Assembly (NCBI GenBank): GCA_020353515.1
Contig: CP070695.1
Location: 4,439,248 to 4,503,247, forward strand
Direction: 5' to 3'
Length of the DNA stretch: 64,000 nucleotides
Source of the DNA: Candidatus Heimdallarchaeota archaeon
Lineage (GTDB): Archaea > Asgardarchaeota > Heimdallarchaeia > Hodarchaeales > Hodarchaeaceae
A program made the translations under genes and the position numbers. The notes under the pieces were generated by a model. It made no database searches, was not told the DNA's origin, and saw only the letters and a list, made by a program, of their open reading frames with translations. This document shows positions 48,461-58,623 of the stretch, one piece after another; the first letter of the stretch is position 1, and each line of letters starts with the position of its first letter.

Positions 48461-49090
48461 ATGGAGGAAAAGATTATCATTCAAACTAAACCCATCTTAG
48501 TACAGGAGCTAGTTCAGGTATTGGAAAACTGGTCACGGAATTTTTAGCCCAGAAAGGTTATCTTGTTTATGCCTGTGCACGGAAACCAATTGATATTGAG
48601 AGGCTGAATAAGATAGAAAATGTTATCTCATTCCAGTTAGATGTTACCAACCCAGTAGATGTCCAACAAGTCGTAGCTCGGGTGAACAAGGAAGATAGAG
48701 GGTTGTACGGACTTGTAAATAACGCTGGTGTTGGGGATAGTTAGCCGATCTGTGCTACAAGTGAAGAAATGTTACATCGTGTTTTCAATGTAAAATTTTA
48801 TGGTCCTCTCCGCATCACAAACGCATTAATATCCTTTTTAATCGAATCCCGAGGCCGAATCGTTAATATAAGCTCTGTCTCTGGACTGATCACACGCTGT
48901 TCTAGATGCATTATTTAATGAACACCCAAAATCAAGATATTTATTTATTTCTCAATTAGAGAACGAACTGTTTACCTTGGTTCTCAAATATCAATTTCTC
49001 AAGGTTTACCAGCTTTTCGAAGATAATTCTCATGGGTTTACCGTAATGGATTTATGGAATTTATTGGATGAGGTAATTAATGAGAATTAA
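48461..49090 (+). pseudogene. Short-chain dehydrogenase (SDR) pseudogene with frameshift, nonsense codon and internal deletion
   Basis: MEEKIIIQTKPILV / TGASSGIG..LDVT..LVNNAG..TAG (48742)..GRIVNISS; then jumps near 48895 to AVLDALFNEHPKSRY...EN*; YxxxK segment missing. Confidence 0.85.
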
Positions 49091-49126
49091 AGGAAATTGT
49101 GGAAAGGAACCTTAGGACCCATATAA

Positions 49127-49453
49127 TTAATCAATTTCGTATTTCGAAGCTAGTTTAACGATTAGAAAAATAACGAATGCTATTATGATGAATGTGACCA
49201 ATTCTCCAAGGAAATGGCCAATTAAAAAGTCAGCAGTCCCAATTGAATAAGTTATCTGATCCCAAGGGACATCCGCTCCAGGAAGGAGCTCGAAAATGGG
49301 CATGATGAGATCATTAACAAATGCTTGAACGAGAGAGCCCAAATAGATGCCCATAATGAAAGCGACAGCTAAGCCCAAAACTTTATAATTCTTGAGAAAT
49401 TCTTTAAACTCTTGAAAAAGATTTTTTGGTTTTTCTTCTGATTCAGTCGTCAT
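49127..49453 (-). CDS. mscL: Large-conductance mechanosensitive channel
   Basis: EFKEFL....VLGLAVAFIMG, LV..FVNDLIMP, FIIIAFVIFLIVK. Confidence 0.9.
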   Translation of the reverse strand: MTTESEEKPKNLFQEFKEFLKNYKVLGLAVAFIMGIYLGSLVQAFVNDLIMPIFELLPGADVPWDQITYSIGTADFLIGHFLGELVTFIIIAFVIFLIVKLASKYEID

Positions 49454-49559
49454 TTTTTCACCTCAAGTAGGGAAAAAGAAAATTGGTTAGTAGACTATAC
49501 ATAATTTCCTAATAAATATTATTACATCCTAGAACTGATCAAAAATTGTTATCACCGAA

Positions 49560-49580
49560 AAAAAGCAAGTTCTCAAATTA
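49560..49580 (+). repeat. 21-bp direct repeat, copy 1
   Basis: aaaaagcaagttctcaaatta; exact copy at 52332-52352. Confidence 0.8.
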
Positions 49581-49586
49581 ATGGTA

Positions 49587-50219
49587 TCATTCTTTCCCTA
49601 AATTCAACAATGGAGGGAAAGGACTCGCTAAAATAAAGGTGAAATAACTATTTGGGTCAATTTCAGCAAGAGGTTGTAAACTGAGTTTATGATCTTCATG
49701 AAATTGATAGATGAATTGATTGAGCTCTTTTAGAAAGAGTTCACCTATTTCTTTGTTCATTATTCCTACAGACATTAGTTCCTTTTCAGCTAGAATATTC
49801 TGAACAAAATTATTGATTTCTCGCGTTTTAGAATTGAAAATATTTTCCAGATTTCGTTGAACGGCTAGTAATGTTATTTTCATAAACTCTAAGTCCATAT
49901 TTGCTAGTGCCTCTTGTACAACTGAACCCAAATCTCCAAATTTACGTAAAAAATTGTTTGGACTCAATTTCCAATAATTAATTGCAAAATTACGAATTGT
50001 TTCTGTCTTCGATACAAAGACCAATCCAGTTCTCTCTAAATTTCTCAAATTTCGGGTAATGGTTGATTGATCTTTGTTTGTTAAATTGGCAAGTTGTTTT
50101 ACAGTCAATTCTTGATGAATTATTAAATTCCAAGCTATCAATGCTCGTGTTTCAGATTTAAACAACCTTTCAAAATAGTTTCTAAGGTTTGCTCCTTCTT
50201 CTGTGGCTGTAATTCCCAT
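49587..50219 (-). CDS. wHTH transcriptional regulator (ArsR/MarR-like)
   Basis: ETRALI...LTVKQLA...KDQSTITRNLRNLERTGLV. Confidence 0.85.
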   Translation of the reverse strand: MGITATEEGANLRNYFERLFKSETRALIAWNLIIHQELTVKQLANLTNKDQSTITRNLRNLERTGLVFVSKTETIRNFAINYWKLSPNNFLRKFGDLGSVVQEALANMDLEFMKITLLAVQRNLENIFNSKTREINNFVQNILAEKELMSVGIMNKEIGELFLKELNQFIYQFHEDHKLSLQPLAEIDPNSYFTFILASPFPPLLNLGKE

Positions 50220-50284
50220 CTTTGTTCTGTCTCCATGAACACATTACTATCTGACACAATAAATACATTTTTATATAAACATTT

Positions 50285-50334
50285 TGCATCATGCATACAG
50301 GTGCGTTGCACAATACACACGAGTGCACAACGCA
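50285..50334. promoter_or_regulatory. TGCA-rich candidate operator in divergent promoter
   Basis: tgcatcatgca 50285-50295; inverted pair tgcgttg 50302-50308 / caacgca 50328-50334; adjacent to ttttatataaa. Confidence 0.5.
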
Positions 50335-50515
50335 TCATAAATAAAAATTCACTTTGGTGACAAAAAAATGAAAGGAAAAAAAATCTTAACAAGAATAGAA
50401 GAAAACACAAAATTCTTTGATCTTTGCTACTGGAAAGAACGTCGAAAAAATCCAGATTCACCCAATTTAAAGAATTGGACTGCAAAAAAACGGAAAAACT
50501 TTCAGAACCTTTGGT

Positions 50516-51322
50516 TTGGTGAGGAAAGTGATCAATGAAAATAAGAGTCATATAAGGAAAACAGTCTCAATCCATCAACATTCGTTTAGATTTCTCATCG
50601 CGCTTCATCTGCTACCTGGAGTGTTACTATTTATGGGAATGATCTTGTTTTCTCAACCTGTAGTAGTTAATTTCTTTGGAATTGATCCAAAACTTGGTCC
50701 TGTTTTTGGTTACCTCGCTGCTTCGACCTTACTGTTGGTAGAAGTACTTTGGCTAGTACGAGAGAAAAGAAAATCGGAAAGCAGCGAACTACAAAAAAAG
50801 ATCATAGAATATACCGAGGGAAGCCCGATGTGGCAATATTTCGTCGCCATCCCAATCTTAGTGGCTTTTACATTAATCATGTACTTGGTAATCGCTCCAC
50901 TTGTGCAACCATTCATTATAGATACGTTCTTCAGTTGGTACCCACAAGAATACAACTTTCAAGCTATTATACATGACCCGTCGGTGTTATCTAATTTTAA
51001 AACATATGCAGGAGCCCAATTATTGGCGATTGTAAATTTCATATTACCAGCAACAACTTTAACTATAGTAGAAGAGTTTTATTTTCGAGGATACCTGCTA
51101 CCACGCATGGAAGAGCATGTGAAAGGATATGCACCGTTATTAAATGTAATCCTCTTTTCGGTGTATCATTTTTTTTCACCATGGGAAAATTTGATAAGGA
51201 TCCTTGCCCTTCTTCCAGTTGTTTACTTAGTTTGGTATAAAAGGGACATTCGATATCTATTGATCACTCATCTACTAGCAAATGCAGTAGGCGGAATATA
51301 TGTCCTATTTATGGCTTTTTAA
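50516..51322 (+). CDS. CPBP/Abi (type II CAAX protease-like) intramembrane glutamic endopeptidase
   Basis: EEFYFRG, FSVYH, HLLAN motifs; multi-TM. Confidence 0.9.
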   Translation: MVRKVINENKSHIRKTVSIHQHSFRFLIALHLLPGVLLFMGMILFSQPVVVNFFGIDPKLGPVFGYLAASTLLLVEVLWLVREKRKSESSELQKKIIEYTEGSPMWQYFVAIPILVAFTLIMYLVIAPLVQPFIIDTFFSWYPQEYNFQAIIHDPSVLSNFKTYAGAQLLAIVNFILPATTLTIVEEFYFRGYLLPRMEEHVKGYAPLLNVILFSVYHFFSPWENLIRILALLPVVYLVWYKRDIRYLLITHLLANAVGGIYVLFMAF

Positions 51323-51379
51323 CTCCCAACTGCCAGCTAGCCCTTTTTTCCAAGGAGACCTATCAGCCTCATTTTCTCT

Positions 51380-52021
51380 TCATATTAGAGGAAACTGAAC
51401 CACCACATAAAGAAGAATACTAAATGCAATAATAGAAATCACAATGTCGAATTTCCCTGTATTTAGAAATGGGATAAATAATGGTGTTTTGACTTTATAG
51501 CTATCATATTCAGTACCAAATTTCTTCAATAGGTATTTATCTTCTATAAATGCCAGAATAATATAAGCAAGTAGTTCTAAGTACCAGAGTGCTATTGTTT
51601 CTTCAGCTGACAGCCAACTCATGCCGAAAAAGTTTGTAATATAAAAATAACTCCAACCAGTAAAGCCAATTGTTAAAAGTAGGAAAGCAGTATACTGTGG
51701 GTGTCTTATAAAGCGATATGGGCCAGAAGTGACTAATCCCCTTTTCTTTTTTACCCCAAGATAAACAATAGAATAGATTACAAATACCACACTTATGATA
51801 ATTAAGATTTTTCCTAAAAATACCTCGTTAAAATTGAAGAGATTCGAATAGGCTTCAATAATGCCAGATGGAAGATTGGAACCCAAGGCATACAAAATAA
51901 GAATTACAGGAGCGGCCATGAGAGGTACCCATACCCAGATTCCTGGAATTTGTTGTACTAATAGAATTAAATATCCCGCTACACCAAATAAGATCGCCTG
52001 TACTCTACCTAGTATTTTCAT
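51380..52021 (-). CDS. Isoprenylcysteine carboxylmethyltransferase/PEMT family protein
   Basis: LVTSGPYRFIRHPQY, EDKYL..KFG.EY..YK..TPLFIP. Confidence 0.85.
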   Translation of the reverse strand: MKILGRVQAILFGVAGYLILLVQQIPGIWVWVPLMAAPVILILYALGSNLPSGIIEAYSNLFNFNEVFLGKILIIISVVFVIYSIVYLGVKKKRGLVTSGPYRFIRHPQYTAFLLLTIGFTGWSYFYITNFFGMSWLSAEETIALWYLELLAYIILAFIEDKYLLKKFGTEYDSYKVKTPLFIPFLNTGKFDIVISIIAFSILLYVVVQFPLI

Positions 52022-52331
52022 TAAATATCATCTCTTTTTTCATGCCATTTTTTCACTCAAATTTTCTGATGTAACATTTTCCTGTGTTTAAAATCATGAT
52101 AATCTACCTATTTAAGGCTATAGTTGTTGGCAAGTCGAGAGATGATGGGTTTTGAAAAATAAATTAGTACACTCTGTCTGATAATTAGAACGAAGTGTTT
52201 CATTATTTCGAACCGGCCGTTCTACTTTCAGTACATTTTTAAAAAGTACAGTAATCATTGAAAAAGGATTCAAAGAAAGAAAATTTTGAATAAACATAGA
52301 AGGGGTCAAAAGGAAAAATTTTCTTATGAAG

Positions 52332-52352
52332 AAAAAGCAAGTTCTCAAATTA
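52332..52352 (+). repeat. 21-bp direct repeat, copy 2
   Basis: Exact match to 49560-49580. Confidence 0.8.
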
Positions 52353-52430
52353 TTGATTATCAATTCACATCTATTATCTAACCTCCTTACATCTCAAGAA
52401 TTATGAAAAAGGTATGAAGCCAATTGAAGA

Positions 52431-53450
52431 TTATTTTAATATCAATAGAATACGAGTGGTCCAATCATGGATACGAGCATCTGGTTTCCTCCAACTAGAT
52501 GACAATCTTATTGATCTATTGGTTAATGGTACCTTTCCAAAATCCCAAAGCCCACACTTAGTTTGGTTGTCCCAAAACCATTCAAAAATCTCTTCAACAT
52601 TAGTTCTCCAGCTAGGATAGGGTTTTAAAACTTCAAGGGACCTCAACCACCTTGTGAAAGAATTAGTTCCTATTAAATCACTAGGAGAAGATCTCAGATC
52701 CACATTTAGGTAACCAATACCAAGATTCCATATAAATCTGAAAAATGCCTTTTCTAAGTCTGGATTCAACTTATAAATTTGAGAACCGATTAGATTCACG
52801 CTGTAAACATTATTTATTGTAAGTTCTTTCTTTTCCTTTATTCTTTTTTTAAATCGGGTCGAAAAATCGTCATAATTTATCTTGAGGATTTCTAGAAACG
52901 CAAAGATTTGATTTTGAGCGTTATATGAATTATTAGGGAAGGATTCTTGAATTATTCTTGCCCATAGATCAAAATAATCATTAAGGATTGGATGATTAGG
53001 ATTAATTTCTGCCAATGACGCTGCAACAATCTTATTGATAGAATGATCCCAAAAACTTTGACCTATACCTTTTGGTACAACATCTCGTGGCTTGATTGAT
53101 CTGTTTAGTATACCAACAATATAGTAGGTTACTTTTTGAATGATAGGATGTGTCTCATTAAGACCAAGATTAACGGATCTACTAACACCCACTTCAGTGG
53201 TAGGAACTCTTTGTTTCAAGGTAGTGTCTTCAGTGTGGAATCTTCCCCAGCTCCCATCCTCCCACTGGTCATTTCTGAGAATTTGTACCCATTTATTTTC
53301 GTTTAATCTTGATTCTGCTTCAATTAGTTCAGCATCGTTTCTATTCTTTCCTAATATATCACGTAATAATCTAACTTGAATGGCAGGATCAGGATTATCT
53401 TCAAGAATTCTTTCTGCGATGTTTTGAATTTTTCTGTTTCCCTTTGACAT
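52431..53450 (-). CDS. Alpha/alpha-toroid protein with QW-like motifs (terpene cyclase/prenyltransferase superfamily), function unknown
   Basis: DPAIQVRLLRDIL, QWEDGSWG and NQTKCGLW motifs. Confidence 0.55.
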   Translation of the reverse strand: MSKGNRKIQNIAERILEDNPDPAIQVRLLRDILGKNRNDAELIEAESRLNENKWVQILRNDQWEDGSWGRFHTEDTTLKQRVPTTEVGVSRSVNLGLNETHPIIQKVTYYIVGILNRSIKPRDVVPKGIGQSFWDHSINKIVAASLAEINPNHPILNDYFDLWARIIQESFPNNSYNAQNQIFAFLEILKINYDDFSTRFKKRIKEKKELTINNVYSVNLIGSQIYKLNPDLEKAFFRFIWNLGIGYLNVDLRSSPSDLIGTNSFTRWLRSLEVLKPYPSWRTNVEEIFEWFWDNQTKCGLWDFGKVPLTNRSIRLSSSWRKPDARIHDWTTRILLILK

Positions 53451-53754
53451 AAATCCGTCTCCACATTAGAATATAAGAACACTACCTATTAAATTCAGAG
53501 CTACTCTAAAAATCAGACTCCTCGTTCTAAAATATAGGTTCTTAAACCTATGGTTTATTTTACAGACTTAGTTATGTTCCTGATAATATCTCTTTTTGAA
53601 GGTCACACTTCACTTACATATCTGTCAATTAGGACTGTGGTGAAGCTTTGCATTAATATTACCTATTCATGGTAGCTAATTTGTCTTGTGGGTCTTAAGT
53701 ACTTATTTTATACTTCTAAGAAAAATCAAGAGATGATAAAAAACAGAAATAAAG

Positions 53755-54435
53755 TCAAAATCTCTTTATATCCAATACATTGAACCTTAAGATGTAATAT
53801 GCAAGCACTCCAATCCAACTAATATATGAAAAAACAGATAACCATTCAATGAAGGGAAAATTTGCTTCAACACCAGTTAATACTAAAAAAACAAGAAAAC
53901 TCAGGTCGATTAAAGAGACCCCGAATCCATAATATGCTACAATTTTATTAAAATCAGGAAAGGTTAAGATCGATTTATTTACTAGGATCAAAATTGGAAA
54001 AAATGAGAGAAAAATCAGAATACTCCAGAATACATGCTGAGAGTATGTTTCTTGTGTTTCTGAAAAAATACCAGCCATTATAATAGCTAGCGCATTAATT
54101 ATACCAATTGCTAGGCCAACAACAAGTGTAGGGCTCTTTTTTTTCTTCATGAACCATTCATAAAGCCCTATATAAAAGAAAATTGATGCTATACCAGTGA
54201 GGACCATGCCTACGTTATAGAAAATCGCTCCATTGGGATTATCATAGAAATCACCCAGTTCACTCAAGTTATTATTGATAGGATTAAAGTTTCGTGGAAA
54301 GAAAGAGAAAGATATGAGCGTAAAAATACAATAAATTGTGATACCCACAAATCCCACTATGCTAACTTTGGGCCACCTTAAAGGGTTGAAATCGAAACGA
54401 TAAGGTCTTTCTAACAAACTAAAATCACCAATCAT
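53755..54435 (-). CDS. DUF998-like membrane protein
   Basis: FNPINNNLSELG, IFYN.G, AGIFSE, H, EW; 5-6 TM. Confidence 0.75.
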   Translation of the reverse strand: MIGDFSLLERPYRFDFNPLRWPKVSIVGFVGITIYCIFTLISFSFFPRNFNPINNNLSELGDFYDNPNGAIFYNVGMVLTGIASIFFYIGLYEWFMKKKKSPTLVVGLAIGIINALAIIMAGIFSETQETYSQHVFWSILIFLSFFPILILVNKSILTFPDFNKIVAYYGFGVSLIDLSFLVFLVLTGVEANFPFIEWLSVFSYISWIGVLAYYILRFNVLDIKRF

Positions 54436-54692
54436 CTGGAATAAATATTAGTTCATCTTAGAGTCAGCTCTTATAAATAAATACCGTTAAAGGCAATTAA
54501 TATAATCTCAATCCCGATTAATATTAGCCAAAAAAAGAAAATTTCAGAGATTATTGAATTCCTACTATTTGAGAGGGCATAAAAGGCTGGATTCATAATC
54601 AAAAGGATCCTACCTCGAAACCAATCTATAAAAGCTACACATCTTGTTGGTTACCACTACTTCCAAAATTGATTTTAGTGTGAGGTTTTAAT

Positions 54693-56009
54693 GTGATTAT
54701 TAACCCAATAATAACATTTTTGGGAATAAAAGAATCTCTTCCTCACAATGCCCAAGGTTTGGTACAAAAATTCCTAATTCTCGCATCTTTCCAATCAATG
54801 ATATTTTTTGTGTCGGGTACTTTTTATGTTCTTTTTGTCATTGACAAAGTAGGTTTTACGGAGTTAGGAATACTTGTAGGCATCTCATTCCTAGTACAAG
54901 CCACATTAGATTATCCTAGTGGATCACTGGGGGATTGGATAGGACAAAGATGGATTTTAGCTGTAGCTTTTTTCACATATGGTTTGAGTTATTTATTATT
55001 AGTTTTTGCGAATGATTTCACAGATTTATTAATTGTATACATTTTAGCGGCTTTCGCTGCGTCTCAGGAGTCAGGAGCGCTGCAAAGTTGGTTTGATAGA
55101 AATTATCGTTTCGCAGCGAAGGAAGTAGACACCGATCGAAGAATTTATCAGCTATTTCAAGGGAAAATATCCATGATTCTTGGGCTCTTATGGGCAGCTG
55201 CTATTCTAGTGGGAGGGTTACTAGCTACGTACTTCTTCAGAGAAACTGTGTTTGCAGTTCAATCTGTTGGTATGTTTTTCCTCGCTTTTGTCAGTTTTAT
55301 TTTTGTGAAAGACCTTCCAGGATTCGACAGGCCTGAAGTTTCTTTTAAACAATACTTTCGTATCTTCTTTAATGGGTTGAAATTTACTTTTACAACGAGC
55401 TACATTTTTTTCTTTGTTTTAGCTATTTGTATTTCTAATGCTTTATGGTCAATATGGGGAACTATGATTTTATTTCCTTTATATTTTGGATATACAGGGA
55501 GTGATCTCGGTGCTGGAATATTCAGGTTTCTAGTTTGGATTGGGGCAGCTATTACGGCATCAAGGGCAGCTCAAGTCGCTACACGATTAAGTGAAAAGAA
55601 ATGGATTCCTAGACTAGAATTATTTGTGATGTTGGGCTATTTTGGTTTTTTCGCTCTTCTTATAGCAATATTCCCTTTAAATAATGAATTTAATTTAGCA
55701 GGAATTGTCCTTACAATTTTTGCGATGTTTGTTTTAGATATGGGGATTAATATCACAGTCAATCTTAGGCAAAAGCTTTTTCTAGATTTAATTCCTGATG
55801 AGATACGAAATTCCATCTATAGCCTGGTACCAACACTTGCACTTATTGCAAGTGCTCCTATAATTTCAGTAGCGGGAGGAGTTGTGGAGACCTTAGGATT
55901 TCCTCAGACTCTGTTAATTCTTGCAGGAGTATCAACAATCGCAGCGTTTTTCTATTTCATTTCGTCTAGAAATATGCCTCCTATCAGACTCAGCTTAAAT
56001 AACGATTAA
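54693..56009 (+). CDS. MFS transporter
   Basis: DYPSGSLGDWIGQR motif A; ~12 TM; IPDEIRNSIYS. Confidence 0.88.
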   Translation: MIINPIITFLGIKESLPHNAQGLVQKFLILASFQSMIFFVSGTFYVLFVIDKVGFTELGILVGISFLVQATLDYPSGSLGDWIGQRWILAVAFFTYGLSYLLLVFANDFTDLLIVYILAAFAASQESGALQSWFDRNYRFAAKEVDTDRRIYQLFQGKISMILGLLWAAAILVGGLLATYFFRETVFAVQSVGMFFLAFVSFIFVKDLPGFDRPEVSFKQYFRIFFNGLKFTFTTSYIFFFVLAICISNALWSIWGTMILFPLYFGYTGSDLGAGIFRFLVWIGAAITASRAAQVATRLSEKKWIPRLELFVMLGYFGFFALLIAIFPLNNEFNLAGIVLTIFAMFVLDMGINITVNLRQKLFLDLIPDEIRNSIYSLVPTLALIASAPIISVAGGVVETLGFPQTLLILAGVSTIAAFFYFISSRNMPPIRLSLNND

Positions 56010-56318
56010 TTAACAGCTGATGCTATCATCTGAAGGAAATAAAGAATCCTCTTCATGCATAGACCTACGTAAATAAATAATGAAGAAGGAAACCTAATAT
56101 AACAACACTTTGTTTTATGACCAATGATAAAAAATAGACTATAGTGGGATAAATCTATGGATAGAAACAAAGGATTTTATTTTTATTTCTAAAGAGGGCG
56201 TAGCAAGTTTTGCTATTCTCGGATTAATAGGATTGCGAGCTATTTCCTATCAAGAAATTCGACAGGGATATGTAGGAAGAGTAACTATTTCTGTTAATGC
56301 TATTAGAAGAGGGCTTTT

Positions 56319-57248
56319 GTGCGGAGTATAGAGATAATAGGAGAAGTAACCAAAAACATATGCTGGATTAATTCTTTTGAAAAAATATTTAAAGATTCAA
56401 ATCATATCGATCTAGACCTTACCATGCGATCTGATATGTTTAATTTTCCTGTTGAAATAATAAAGCTTGATTGGCCATTTAATTCTAATTTTGATGAAAA
56501 TGAGATTCACCAGCTACTTACTGAATTCAGAGGATTTTTAAAACCTCGATCAAAAGAAGATCGTTATACATTCTATGAATTTACTCGTACAGGACTAGGA
56601 CTAAGTCGACCAACCATTGTCCTCTTTCTACCGAGTAAAGGACATTTCTCCATCAAAGCATTTGCTTACCCTCCACCGATAACTCTCTCTCTGAAGAAAC
56701 CTCCAGTAAATTTAGCAAATTATCATCGGATGCGGGTTCAGCATTTAATGCATTCTCTTGAAGAGCATTTCCCTGAAACACATATCTTAGAATCAAAGTC
56801 AGGAAACATGTTAATTATTTTTCAGGAATTTTTATTTCATCCAATTTGTCAATTTAATACTCCTCAACAAATCAACCAATTAATTGAAATTCTTTGGTTA
56901 GCATCGCGAGCTCGGATTTTACTAGATTACAATCAGAGCAATTGGCTTGTTTCAGGATTGGAATTCCTTTATTATGTAGACACTGATTATATTGGACATT
57001 CCTATATTGATCTAGATAGATGTCTTTTAGAGAACTTAAACCAGTCGATGGCTTTCTTTACACCAGAAAATGTTAAGTTACTACCCCAAGCTCTTAAAGA
57101 TTTTTCCGAACTCAGTGAAACCCACACTAAGTTTGTCACTAGATTTAAAAAAGTTTTACAGAAAATTATAGAAAGCTGGGATCAAGATAAGTTATCAGAA
57201 GAAAATAAACAGAAATATGACATTTTTACCGAAATTACTCAGCCTTAA
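56319..57248 (+). CDS. Atypical protein-kinase-like fold protein
   Basis: In order: GLGLS (Gly loop), FSIKAF (beta3 Lys), IIFQEFL (hinge), LLDYNQSNWLV (D-x4-N), LYYVDTD (DFG equivalent). Confidence 0.6.
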   Translation: MRSIEIIGEVTKNICWINSFEKIFKDSNHIDLDLTMRSDMFNFPVEIIKLDWPFNSNFDENEIHQLLTEFRGFLKPRSKEDRYTFYEFTRTGLGLSRPTIVLFLPSKGHFSIKAFAYPPPITLSLKKPPVNLANYHRMRVQHLMHSLEEHFPETHILESKSGNMLIIFQEFLFHPICQFNTPQQINQLIEILWLASRARILLDYNQSNWLVSGLEFLYYVDTDYIGHSYIDLDRCLLENLNQSMAFFTPENVKLLPQALKDFSELSETHTKFVTRFKKVLQKIIESWDQDKLSEENKQKYDIFTEITQP

Positions 57249-57625
57249 AGGCTTTTTTTTCTTTGAATTTTAAGATCACTTTAAGGTTATTAAAAATCCG
57301 ACAAAATCATTTTAAAATTACGCAAGTCCCGCTTTTTTTTAATAGTTATACATAACGATTATATCGGGAGGTAGACAACCATGAAGTAGTTCACCGAGCT
57401 GTAAATGGGAGAAATAGAACTCTAACATTTGGATAGATAATGACGGTTCCTATTTTTGAGAGCATAATTTCATCGTTTATTTTCAAGAATGTTACAATCA
57501 ATTTAACGAATCAATATCTAAAGGTTTTGTCGCCCTTTAACCGTCCAAGGATTAACCTCTATTTCTTTTGTGAAGAGGACTTGTTGCATATCAAAAAATT
57601 AATTAAGAATGAATGAGGGGTAAGA

Positions 57626-58204
57626 TTGTTTGGGGATAAACAGTTGTCAACAAACGACCTTGTATTAAAAATTTGTTCAATTGGCACAATCTACGTTGGT
57701 AAAACCTCCCTAATCCGCAGATTTGCAGATTGGAAATTCTCAACCAATTATCTACCCACCATTGGTGTTGACTACACCATAAAAAGGATAGTTCTGAATG
57801 ATAAACCCGTCAAACTTCTATTAGCTGATACTGCTGGGCAGGAGGCTTTTGGTAAAGTACGTTCAAGTTATTACATAGGATCTTTGGGAGGTCTAGTGGT
57901 ATTTGCTTTGAATGATAGAAAATCTTTCAACGCAGTGCCACATTGGATAAGAGAATATCGAAGTAAAGTAAACCCACATTCAATGGTAGTCTTAGTTGGG
58001 AATAAAAATGATTTAATCAATGAGCGAGTGATTTCTGCTGACGAAGCTCAATCAATGGCTAAAAAGTTCAATATTATGTATTATGAAACCTCGGCTTTAT
58101 GGGGTGGACAGGAAATTATAGAGATCTTTCACACCTTAGCTTCATACATTCTAGATTTAATCCCAAAAATTCAAACACTACAATATCTACAATTAAAAAA
58201 ATAA
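57626..58204 (+). CDS. Rab-like small GTPase (Ras superfamily)
   Basis: G1 GTIYVGKT, G2 PTIGVDY, G3 DTAGQE, G4 NKND, G5 ETSAL; no C-terminal Cys. Confidence 0.93.
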   Translation: MFGDKQLSTNDLVLKICSIGTIYVGKTSLIRRFADWKFSTNYLPTIGVDYTIKRIVLNDKPVKLLLADTAGQEAFGKVRSSYYIGSLGGLVVFALNDRKSFNAVPHWIREYRSKVNPHSMVVLVGNKNDLINERVISADEAQSMAKKFNIMYYETSALWGGQEIIEIFHTLASYILDLIPKIQTLQYLQLKK

Positions 58205-58623
58205 ATTCTTTAATACTTGAACTACTCAGTCTTAAAGGTTGGTTTAGATGGAAGGAGTATATGATGGGCAATTCTTTTCCTAGAAACAGCATTCGCTATT
58301 TCAGCTCTTTTTGGATATATCCTCTGGAAACGAGCTGGTTTGTGATCATTGTTTGTAGAACCAAAATTCTCATACATCCGTCATAGAGTCAAAATGCTCT
58401 AGAGAGACTCTCCGCAGATTCATGGGGCATTATTTAGAATACCTTATAATCATTAATTCCAAATCAAGATGCGAATCAATTAAGAGAAGTATCTCAAAAC
58501 ATAAAAATTCTTAGTAGAAAGTCTAGGTTCTGTACAAAGAGTACTAGATATAAGATCCAGCGAAAACAGTTTTTGTCCTTCCTTAGTTGATATTTCCAAG
58601 AAATACTTCCTCTATGGGGAATT

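Noticed and set aside
48742-48744. In-frame TAG in SDR as pyrrolysine
   Set aside because: Gene also has a frameshift and lacks the catalytic motif
57299-57531. Possible MITE bounded by cgacaaaa / ttttgtcg
   Set aside because: Only an 8-bp clean inverted match, no clear target duplication, no second copy
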